From Candidatus Latescibacterota bacterium (GTDB lineage Bacteria > Latescibacterota > UBA2968 > UBA8231): a stretch of DNA of 64,000 nt. The translations under genes and the position numbers were made by a program. Positions 56,304 to 64,000 of this stretch are shown here, piece after piece; position 1 is the first letter of the stretch, and every line of letters starts with the position of its first letter. The DNA lies in the NCBI GenBank assembly GCA_965203175.1, contig OZ241867.1, positions 4,832,001 to 4,896,000 of the forward strand, given 5' to 3'. A model generated the notes under the pieces. It had not been told where the DNA came from and did not search any database. It worked only from the letters and a program-made list of their open reading frames with translations.

Positions 56304-58360
56304 CCCTCGGCCTTCAGCTGCTCCACCAAGTCTGCGGTCGTAGCTAGTGGCCGCGAGCAGGTCGCGTCGCGGCACACGTACGCCCGACCGCCGACCGCCA
56401 GCTTACCCTCCAGCAGCGGCAACGCAGCCTCGGCTTCATCCGCCCCAACGCCAGCAGCTAACACGACTTTATTGGGCACCAAGCACCGGTGCAGCGCGGC
56501 TGCAAAAACACGACATTCGGCTTGGTCCCCTACCAAGGCGACCTCCGTGGGCTTAGCCAAGTAAAAGTCGAGGGCACAGAGCATCTGCGCTCCAGCAGAA
56601 GGAGCGCGGCGCAATAGCTGCTCAAAGAGGACGAGCGTCTGCTCGCCCTGCTGCCACAACGCCTGATCGCCCTTCATCGCCCCCAAGCGCAAAAGGGCTA
56701 ACGCACCCAGCGAGTTGCCCGAGGGCGTGGCGTTGTCAAATGGATTCTTAGTGCGCACGATCAAGTCGGTCGCCTCAGCTCCTGCATAGAAAAATCCCCC
56801 GTGTTCCCCATCCCAAAACCGCGCGATCATCTCGGCAGCCCAGTGATCGGCTGCGGCAAAGAAACGCAATTCGAAACTCGCCTCATATAGGTCGAGCAGG
56901 CCGTTGATCAAACAGGCGTGATCGTCCTGATAGGCCGGAATCCGCGCCTGACCATCCTTGTAGGTATGCAGGAGACAGCCGTCGCAGACCATGCGGTCTA
57001 AAATAAAGTCAGCCGCCTCGACAGCCGCTCGCAGGTAGCGATCCTCCCCGATAACCTGATAGGCGCGGGCCATCGCGCTGATCATCAGCCCATTCCAAGC
57101 CGTCAAAATTTTGTCGTCGCGCCCGGGAGCAACGCGCTGTTGCCGCGCCGCAAGCAGGACCTCGCACCCGCGCTCTACGACTTGTGCCAGCCGCTCCGGC
57201 TCTACCTTGAGAAAGCGCGCAACCTCTTCCAGCTCGTTTTCCACGTGCAAGATACTGCGCCCGTGCTCGAAGTTGCCCTCGGGGACAACGCCGTAATAGC
57301 GGGCAAAAAGCGCGGCATCTTCTTCGCCCAACAGATCCTCAATCTCCTCTAAAAGCCAAGTAAAAAACAGGCCTTCTTCGCCCTCGCTGTCCGCGTCCTG
57401 CGCCGCGTAGAAGCCGCCTTCGGGCTGCGTCATCTCGCGCAGCACATAGCCGAGGGTGTGCTCGACGACCTCGCGGTAGAATTCGTCTTGGGTCGCCTGA
57501 TAGGCTTCGAGGTAGGTCCACACCAGCAAAGCATTGTCGTAGAGCATTTTCTCAAAGTGCGGAACTAACCAGCGCTCGTCCACTGAGTAGCGGTGAAAAC
57601 CCCCGCCAAGCTGGTCGTACATCCCTCCCCTAGCCATGCGCTTGAGCGTGTGCTCAGCAATTTCTAGCGCGCGCTGGTCACCTCGTCTGGCATAGCGCCG
57701 CAACAACAGGGACAAGCTCATACTCGGCGGAAATTTGGGCGCGCCGCCAAATCCTCCAAACCTAGAGTCGTATGTAGATTTGAGCTGCGCACAAGCCCCG
57801 TCGAGGACCTCTTCTCCAGGGACGCCGCCCGGCATCAAAAACTCGGCGTGTTGCTGGAGCGCGCGCATGAGTTCAGCGGTTTTTTCAGCGACGCCAGCGC
57901 GATTTTCCCGGTAGTAATCCGCTATCGCCTGGAGCACCCTGGGAAAACCCGGCCGCCCATGACGGTCTTCGGGGGGAAAGTACGTCCCTCCGTAAAAAGG
58001 CTGCAAATCCGGCGTTAAAAACACCGTCATCGGCCAGCCACCTTGGCCGGTCATGGCCTGTACGGCCGTCATGTAAATCTCATCGACATCGGGTCTTTCT
58101 TCGCGATCGACCTTGATGTTGATAAAGTGCTCGTTCATGCGCTGGGCGATCTGCTCATCCTCAAAGGATTCGCGCTCCATGACGTGGCACCAATGACAGG
58201 CGGAATATCCCACTGAGAGCAAGATGGGCCGATCTGCGGCCCGGGCCGCCGCTAGCGCCTCCTCACCCCAGGGATACCAATCGACGGGATTGTGGGCGTG
58301 CTGGCGCAAGTACGGGCTGGATTCGTCGGCGAGGCGGTTGGTGTGCTTGGGGGTAGACAT
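56300..58360 (-). CDS. yyaL: Thioredoxin-domain protein YyaL/SSP411 (DUF255 + six-hairpin)
   Basis: [47 protein letters not shown]. Confidence 0.92.
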   Translation of the reverse strand: MSTPKHTNRLADESSPYLRQHAHNPVDWYPWGEEALAAARAADRPILLSVGYSACHWCHVMERESFEDEQIAQRMNEHFINIKVDREERPDVDEIYMTAVQAMTGQGGWPMTVFLTPDLQPFYGGTYFPPEDRHGRPGFPRVLQAIADYYRENRAGVAEKTAELMRALQQHAEFLMPGGVPGEEVLDGACAQLKSTYDSRFGGFGGAPKFPPSMSLSLLLRRYARRGDQRALEIAEHTLKRMARGGMYDQLGGGFHRYSVDERWLVPHFEKMLYDNALLVWTYLEAYQATQDEFYREVVEHTLGYVLREMTQPEGGFYAAQDADSEGEEGLFFTWLLEEIEDLLGEEDAALFARYYGVVPEGNFEHGRSILHVENELEEVARFLKVEPERLAQVVERGCEVLLAARQQRVAPGRDDKILTAWNGLMISAMARAYQVIGEDRYLRAAVEAADFILDRMVCDGCLLHTYKDGQARIPAYQDDHACLINGLLDLYEASFELRFFAAADHWAAEMIARFWDGEHGGFFYAGAEATDLIVRTKNPFDNATPSGNSLGALALLRLGAMKGDQALWQQGEQTLVLFEQLLRRAPSAGAQMLCALDFYLAKPTEVALVGDQAECRVFAAALHRCLVPNKVVLAAGVGADEAEAALPLLEGKLAVGGRAYVCRDATCSRPLATTADLVEQLKAEG

Positions 58361-58406
58361 AGTATTAATAATACGATTCGCTGGGCGTTGGCGATAGGGC
58401 TACGAC

Positions 58407-59873
58407 CTATTTCCGTCGCGTCTGCAGATAGTCTTCTAGATCGCCGACGATAGCGCGGAAGTGCCGCTCTGCCTCCGTGCGAAATTCCGCCCTCTCGCGG
58501 CGGCAGTGCAGGGGCCAGACTTGCTCCCGATAGCGCCTTTCGAGGGCATCCTGATAGGCCGAGGGCAAGGCCGCAATCTGCAACGCGCGAATTTCGCCAA
58601 AGCTGATATTCGGCGTGCCCACTCCGTTGGCGTAGGCGGCGATCTGCTCGCGGCCCAGCCGCGTTTTGAAAAAGAACCAAGCGTAAAATGGATTGAGCCC
58701 TTCCAAGCGAATCAGATCGACAAAACAACCTACATTGGCCGGCCTGCTCCCCAAATACACCGCGAGGCGGTTCCGCCCCAAGGCACCGGCACCGGACCGC
58801 GATAACAGCAAGTCCCCGGGGCGCACGCGGCTGCGCGGGGGATCGTGCACACCTGCGGGTGCGACGCACAAAAGCGCGCGCTCGTCGAGTCCGGTTTCGG
58901 CGATGTCGCCCTGCCGGATAACCGGCACTCCAGCTTCTACGTGCTGAGGGCGGCCGCCCGTGACAATCGGCCCGTACGTCAAATGGCAGATGTATTCTCC
59001 CAACGGGACCAGTCGCAAACGGCCCGCCAAGCGGCGCACGGCCGCGCGCCCTTGCCAGAAGCGCGGGTCCCAACGCCGGGTGTGCAGCGCGCGCTGCCCT
59101 ACGCTCAAGAGCGAGGCCTCTGGACCTCGGCGGGCCGGAGTGCCAAGCAAGAGCTGGGTGCGCTGTGCGTACTGCTCTACGCTCGGCCTCTTCCCGACTG
59201 GTGCGATCAGTCGCGCCTTGGTCCGAGCCAGCGGCTTGCTGCGGCGCAAGACTACCAAGGCCGTCTGCACCTTGTCGAAGGCTCCAGGCAAAGCGACGAC
59301 GGCCCGCACTTCAGCGCGTGCTAATAGCCAGTCGCGCATGTCTTGCCGTCGGGCATTGGCGAAGAATCCCTCGGGCAATATCAGGGCCATCCAACCAGCG
59401 GGCCGAGTCAGTTGCAGTGCGCGCTCGACAAAAAGCGACTCCACTGGGAAGGCGCGCATCTGCTTTTGTCCATCGAGCAGCCTAAAGCGCCGGACGAGCC
59501 GACAAGGTCCATCCGCCCCGAACAAGGGCAGCATCGGCCCCAATTTGCCAAAAGGCGGGTTGGCCAACACGCAATCGAACGACTCGTCCTCCACCTCGGG
59601 AAAGGTGCCGAGCAAGCCGTCGCCGGTGTAAAAGCAATCTGCCTGACTGCTCCCTCGCTCGGCTAGGCCCTCGTCAATCTCAATGCCCATGGTCTGATAA
59701 GCTCGCCCAACGACGGCCAACAATGCCCCTTCGCCCGCCGCTGGATCAACCACGCGTGCGCCAGCACCTAGATCTTTTCCCGCGAGCGTGCACACCGCGT
59801 TCCAAGCCAGTTGTGCTACCGCTATAGGTGTAAAGTGCTGCGCTAGTGTATTCGCGTTTCCCGCGTTACTCAT
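58407..59873 (-). CDS. N6-adenine DNA methyltransferase fused to a single specificity (TRD) domain
   Basis: QHFTP, VDPAAGEG (motif I), ANPPF (motif IV), ILPEG; linker RWDP.F; TRD-like GD.LLSRSG...GTPNI. Confidence 0.8.
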   Translation of the reverse strand: MSNAGNANTLAQHFTPIAVAQLAWNAVCTLAGKDLGAGARVVDPAAGEGALLAVVGRAYQTMGIEIDEGLAERGSSQADCFYTGDGLLGTFPEVEDESFDCVLANPPFGKLGPMLPLFGADGPCRLVRRFRLLDGQKQMRAFPVESLFVERALQLTRPAGWMALILPEGFFANARRQDMRDWLLARAEVRAVVALPGAFDKVQTALVVLRRSKPLARTKARLIAPVGKRPSVEQYAQRTQLLLGTPARRGPEASLLSVGQRALHTRRWDPRFWQGRAAVRRLAGRLRLVPLGEYICHLTYGPIVTGGRPQHVEAGVPVIRQGDIAETGLDERALLCVAPAGVHDPPRSRVRPGDLLLSRSGAGALGRNRLAVYLGSRPANVGCFVDLIRLEGLNPFYAWFFFKTRLGREQIAAYANGVGTPNISFGEIRALQIAALPSAYQDALERRYREQVWPLHCRRERAEFRTEAERHFRAIVGDLEDYLQTRRK

Positions 59874-59971
59874 TGGTGTATCCTATTGGGGGCAGTGGCC
59901 GCTTATTGCGGCCTGTCAAACAGCCTCTATAACAAATTGCCGAACAAACCATTGGATACTTAGTCGGCTCG

Positions 59972-59988
59972 CTGGCACACTTTCTGCT
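59972..59988 (+). promoter_or_regulatory. Sigma54 (-24/-12) promoter upstream of ssb
   Basis: CTGGCACACTTTCTGCT = TGGCAC, GG-N10-GC. Confidence 0.55.
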
Positions 59989-60061
59989 AGTACCATATCC
60001 ACGCGGTCCGCCAACGGACGCCTCACTCATTCATTCACGCTCTTCTATCAGGAGGAACCTC

Positions 60062-60463
60062 ATGCCGACCTTAAGGATGCCCAACATCAACCAAGTCGCC
60101 CTCAGCGGTCGCTTGGTGCAAGATCCCGACTTCCGCTTCATGGACAGCGGCGCTGCCCGCTTGCGGGGGCGGATCGCCGTCAACCGCTCCTATCGCGATC
60201 GCAATCAAGAATGGCAAGAGGAGACCTCCTTCTTCGACATCGTCCTCTGGCAGAAAGCCGCTGAGACCTTGGCCAAACGCCTGCACAAGGGCACGCCGGT
60301 CTTCATCACCGGCCGCCTGCAAAGCCACTCTTGGCGCGGCGACGACGACCAGCCCCGCTTCCGCGTCCAAGTGCAAGTGCGGAATCTGCAAGTTCTAGAA
60401 AAAGATGAGGAAGACATGCAGGAGGAAGGCGTGCAGGAAGAAACCGCCCTCCGAGTGGCTTGA
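60062..60463 (+). CDS. ssb: Single-stranded DNA-binding protein (short, no DDIPF tip)
   Basis: NQV.L.GRL..DP, AVNR, ET.F..I..W...AE, KG..V.I.GRL. Confidence 0.9.
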   Translation: MPTLRMPNINQVALSGRLVQDPDFRFMDSGAARLRGRIAVNRSYRDRNQEWQEETSFFDIVLWQKAAETLAKRLHKGTPVFITGRLQSHSWRGDDDQPRFRVQVQVRNLQVLEKDEEDMQEEGVQEETALRVA

Positions 60464-60532
60464 GCAAGGAATGCGCGCGGGCAGGCGGGTGCAGTCGGCG
60501 GACGAACGAGACGCGCCGCGCCCAGCCCGCGC

Positions 60533-61714
60533 TTATTCCATTCGCTCAAAGAGCGCGGCAATGCCCATCCCTCCGCCAATGCACAGCGCGGCTATACCCA
60601 ACCGGACGCTGTGCTGTTGCATCTGGTGCAAAAGCGTGGTGGCGATGCGCGCGCCGCTGGCACCGACGGCGTGGCCGATGGCAATGGCCCCGCCTTGGAC
60701 ATTGACCTTGTCCCAGTCCCAATCCAGCTCCCGGCCCACAGCAAGGCTCTGGGCAGCAAACGCTTCGTTGAGTTCGATCCGATCCACGTCTGCGAGCCGG
60801 ATACCGGTCTGGGCCAACAGTTTGCGGATCGCTGGGGCCGGTCCGATGCCCATAATGCGGGGATCGACGCCAGCACTGGCTGTGCCCCGGAGATAGGCCA
60901 GCGGCACCAACCCGCGCGCCTTGGCCCCTTCTTCAGTCATCAACAGCAGCGCGGCAGCACCATCGTTGATTCCCGAAGCATTGCCCGCGGTCACGGTCCC
61001 TTCTTTTTTGAACGCCGGCTTGAGCTGACTTAGTTGCTCGACGGTGGTACCGGGACGCGGATGCTCATCTGTTGCAAAGACGGTCTCCCCACCTTTTTGC
61101 GCGATGGATATGGGCACAATCTGGCCTGCAAATGCCTCTTGCTCTTGGGCGCTGGTCCACCGCTGTTGACTCCGTGCGGCGAATTGGTCCTGCTCGGCGC
61201 GGGTAATCTCGTATTCTGCGGCCAAGTTTTCGGCTGTAACCCCCATGTGGCAGTCGTAAAAACAATCCCACAGCCCATCGAGCAGCAGCATGTCCTCAAC
61301 TTGGCCGTGTCCCAGTCGCTGCCCCCATCGCCCCCCGTGCAAGACGTAGGGTGCCTGACTCATATTCTCCATGCCCCCCGCCAGCACTACCTCGGCCTCG
61401 CCGACCCGCAGGCTCTGAGCGGCCAGCGCAATCGCCTTCAGCCCCGAACCGCAGAGTTTGTTGACCGTCATTGACGGCACCTCGTACGGCAGTCCGGCGG
61501 CGATGGCCGCCTGCCGCGCCGGATTGGCCCCGGCCCCGCCCTGATAGACCATGCCCATCAGCACTTCATCTACTTCGCTCGCTTCCACTTGGCACTCCGC
61601 CAATGCCGCGACGAGCACCTTGCCACCCAACTCCACCGCCGTCACGTCTTGCAGCGCACCGCCAAAGCGGCCCGTAGCCGTGCGCCGGGCACTGACTACA
61701 ACTGGATCTGCCAT
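60533..61714 (-). CDS. atoB: Acetyl-CoA C-acetyltransferase (thiolase)
   Basis: [39 protein letters not shown]. Confidence 0.93.
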   Translation of the reverse strand: MADPVVVSARRTATGRFGGALQDVTAVELGGKVLVAALAECQVEASEVDEVLMGMVYQGGAGANPARQAAIAAGLPYEVPSMTVNKLCGSGLKAIALAAQSLRVGEAEVVLAGGMENMSQAPYVLHGGRWGQRLGHGQVEDMLLLDGLWDCFYDCHMGVTAENLAAEYEITRAEQDQFAARSQQRWTSAQEQEAFAGQIVPISIAQKGGETVFATDEHPRPGTTVEQLSQLKPAFKKEGTVTAGNASGINDGAAALLLMTEEGAKARGLVPLAYLRGTASAGVDPRIMGIGPAPAIRKLLAQTGIRLADVDRIELNEAFAAQSLAVGRELDWDWDKVNVQGGAIAIGHAVGASGARIATTLLHQMQQHSVRLGIAALCIGGGMGIAALFERME

Positions 61715-61815
61715 GATTTAACCTCTATTTCGTTGACGCAGCTAGCTGTGCTGCGTATTTTTTTAACCTCATAACGTAAGCTCGGAACCGAGTTTACAGA
61801 AAGGACGCTGCCGTT

Positions 61816-62016
61816 ATGACCGAACCTACCGAGCGCGTCATCACCCACGCCGAACGCATCGCCAGACTAGAAGGGATTTCCGAACAACTAAGTCAACTCC
61901 TCATAGAGCTTCGCCGAGATTTTCGTTGGATGGTCGGCATTCAGGTGACCGGCTTCCTCGTCATCATCGGAATCACGGTTTCTTTGTTTGTGGCTCTAAA
62001 AGGGGGAGTGGGCTAA
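61816..62016 (+). CDS. Small coiled-coil + C-terminal TM protein
   Basis: ERIARLEG...LRRDFRWMVGI + hydrophobic tail; RBS AAGGA; upstream TTGACG-17-TATTTT. Confidence 0.6.
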   Translation: MTEPTERVITHAERIARLEGISEQLSQLLIELRRDFRWMVGIQVTGFLVIIGITVSLFVALKGGVG

Positions 62017-62022
62017 AAATAT

Positions 62023-62098
62023 GGGGCTGTAGCTCAGCTGGGAGAGCGCGGGCTTTGCAAGCCTGAGGTCGTCGGTTCGATCCCGATCAGCTCCACCA
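62023..62098 (+). tRNA. tRNA-Ala(TGC)
   Basis: GGGGCTGTAGCTCAGCTGGGAGAGCG...TTTGCAA anticodon loop...GGTTCGATCCC...CTCCACCA; G3:U70. Confidence 0.97.
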
Positions 62099-62107
62099 TT
62101 CAAGTGT

Positions 62108-62169
62108 AACAGAGAAGCGGATCTAGAACAAGCACATAGCTTGTGTCTGAGATTCGCTTCTGTTTTTTT
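62108..62169 (+). terminator. Long hairpin terminator after tRNA-Ala
   Basis: ACAG-AGAAGCGGATCT..ACAAGC-loop-GCTTGT..AGATTCGCTTCT-GT then T7. Confidence 0.7.
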
Positions 62170-62201
62170 CGCCTGCCCGCCGCTCATTTCAAAGACTCTA
62201 C

Positions 62202-63788
62202 ATGGAGGACAAGATGCCGCACGACAAATGGAGACTCATCTACGTCAGCGACCCCTCGGGCAATGCCAACTACGATTTTGACCCGGGCATGGCGCGCCCC
62301 CTCATAACCTCACACCCCGCCAAGCCAGAGGAACTGCAGCGCATAATCGACAACGTCGCCGCCAACAGGCCCGATACCTTTATCCAAGAGGTCTATAACT
62401 CCGGCTGGACCTTATACTTTCGCTCCCCGCGCTTCGAGTACGATGCCCGTCCCCAGCACCGGCGCTTTATTCCCATGATGGACGACGGGATCATGCCGCT
62501 GCAGGTGATGCTCGACCAAGCCCGCAAACACGGGATGAACTTCCTCGCTGGTTTTCGCATGAACGACAGCCACGGCGCACCCGACCAAGGGGGGATGTTT
62601 CTCCACAAGAACCCGCAGTGGAAAATTGCGGAGATGCCGCAGGGCGCGGCCTTCGTTCCCGGCAACAGGATGGATTTCACCTTTGCCGAGGTGCGCGATT
62701 ATCTCTTTTCGGTAATGGCGGAAGTCGTCGATCAATTCGACGTAGATGGGCTTGAGTTGGTGTTTCGCGAAGGTCTTTACTTTCCAGCTCCCCAAGGCGA
62801 TAGAAGCCTGGCGCGCGAGCGCCAACCGCTTATGACTGAATTGATCCAGCGCGTGCGGGCCATGCTCGATCAAGCCGGAAGCAGCCGGGGCCGCGACCTG
62901 CAGTTGGGGGTCCGCGTCCCAGAGACGTTGGAGGAGTGCCACAACTGCGGTCTCGACGTGCCCACCTGGATAGCGGAAGCGCTCATCGACTACGTCGCTC
63001 CCCAAGACGCCATGTATTCGGATTGCAACGCTCCACACCAAGAATTCAGCCAACTCACCAAGGACACCAAGTGCGAACTCATCCCCGGCCTCCTTCCCTA
63101 TTGCGCCAACCTCGACCGCACGGGTCCGCCGTTGACGCTTGAAAACTACCGTGCCTTGGCCCACTCGTTTGCCTGCCAAGGTGCCGATGGGGTCTCCATG
63201 TACAACTTTCAGATGCACTGGGACGCCTTCTGGAAAGCGAGCCGCGATCCAGGGCCAGAGGCCATGTATCCCCTGGCCCTTAGCTACTTACGAGACCTGC
63301 GGGATCCGGCCAAAATTGCCGCCGGTGCTCGGCACTATCTCTTTCATCCCATGTGGGGCGGCTCTACGGCCTTTGGATCCCCGGGCAAGACCGCGGGTGG
63401 GATTGTCAGAGACGCTAAGATCCTCCTTGAGCGGACGGAGCAGCAACCTTACGGGCAGTATCATTTCCGCCTGTACGAAAACTTCGACGAGATCGTCTTC
63501 GCAAAACTGTTCTTCCGCGCTACCGGTTTGGGACCGTACGACCAGATTGAGGTCGATATCAACGGCACGGCCATCCCCGCCGACAGAGTGCGCCACATCT
63601 GGCACAGCGCCGGTCGGCACCCGAATCAAGGGCGACAGCTTCCCGCGCATACAACCTGCATTATCGATCTGTCGTCGCCACCCATACGCGACGGCGACAA
63701 TGCCCTCGGCGTCCGCTTGCTGTTTTCCGGCCTTCCCGAAGGGGCTGTCGTCATCGACGAACTAGAAGTGACTGTGCTCCCGCAATAA
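62202..63788 (+). CDS. Putative glycoside hydrolase-like TIM-barrel protein (GHL10-like)
   Basis: FRMND.H, DF...EVRD......E....FDVDG.EL, ADGV..YNF; C-terminal beta-sandwich. Confidence 0.6.
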   Translation: MEDKMPHDKWRLIYVSDPSGNANYDFDPGMARPLITSHPAKPEELQRIIDNVAANRPDTFIQEVYNSGWTLYFRSPRFEYDARPQHRRFIPMMDDGIMPLQVMLDQARKHGMNFLAGFRMNDSHGAPDQGGMFLHKNPQWKIAEMPQGAAFVPGNRMDFTFAEVRDYLFSVMAEVVDQFDVDGLELVFREGLYFPAPQGDRSLARERQPLMTELIQRVRAMLDQAGSSRGRDLQLGVRVPETLEECHNCGLDVPTWIAEALIDYVAPQDAMYSDCNAPHQEFSQLTKDTKCELIPGLLPYCANLDRTGPPLTLENYRALAHSFACQGADGVSMYNFQMHWDAFWKASRDPGPEAMYPLALSYLRDLRDPAKIAAGARHYLFHPMWGGSTAFGSPGKTAGGIVRDAKILLERTEQQPYGQYHFRLYENFDEIVFAKLFFRATGLGPYDQIEVDINGTAIPADRVRHIWHSAGRHPNQGRQLPAHTTCIIDLSSPPIRDGDNALGVRLLFSGLPEGAVVIDELEVTVLPQ

Positions 63789-63815
63789 CTCTCGCTCTTT
63801 AACTAAGGAGGAACC

Positions 63816-64000
63816 TTGTCGAGGAGCGATCCCGAGTTCTGGAACCGGCGCGCGAGTGCAGCGGCTCTATGGACCAACCTGCGCTGGGCCCTCGCCCACG
63901 TTTGGGCGCACGGCCGAGGGCCAGCCTTGGGCATCGTCGCCGTGCAAGTACTCTTGGGCATCCAGCCCGCGCTGCTCATCTACATCACCCAGCATCTCAT
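63816..64000 (+). CDS. Probable ABC transporter (fused TM/ATPase) N-terminus, partial
   Basis: RBS AAGGAGG + TTG; MSRSDPEFW...LRWALAHVW...VLLGIQPALLIYITQHLI, typical of the first TM helix of ABC exporters. Confidence 0.55.
   Translation, partial: MSRSDPEFWNRRASAAALWTNLRWALAHVWAHGRGPALGIVAVQVLLGIQPALLIYITQHL

Noticed and set aside
60474-60531. GC-rich imperfect hairpin between ssb and thiolase as a REP element or sRNA
   Set aside because: Single copy in the window and weak pairing; probably just a terminator-like structure between convergent genes.
62023-64000. tRNA-anchored genomic island
   Set aside because: No integrase and no duplicated tRNA 3' end found within the window.

Overview
A GC-rich bacterial chromosomal segment. 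The gene repertoire (FlgD/T9SS-type C-terminal domains, several PhyH dioxygenases, many sugar-acid enzymes, FCB-type SSB) suggests the FCB superphylum, e.g. Latescibacterota/Gemmatimonadota-like; this is an inference. In order along the window: a YtrA/GntR-ABC operon; three tandem secreted TlpA-like paralogues with a variable-copy ~31-aa repeat; two type II TA loci (higBA, vapBC); catabolic genes; a ~1.9 kb ABC/AAA-ATPase + PIN cassette flanked by direct repeats and inserted into an operon; glnE-glnB-kptA-purE; a dcw cluster lacking mraY, murD and murG and with an internally deleted ftsA; a merR-iscA-iscS-moeZ operon; cysK; yyaL; an orphan MTase-TRD fusion divergent from a putative sigma54-driven ssb; a thiolase; and tRNA-Ala(TGC). 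The best candidate for an undescribed system is the ATPase-PIN cassette (putative anti-phage module). No CRISPR array, rRNA, integrase or transposase was seen. All calls are by eye from motifs, with no database searches.
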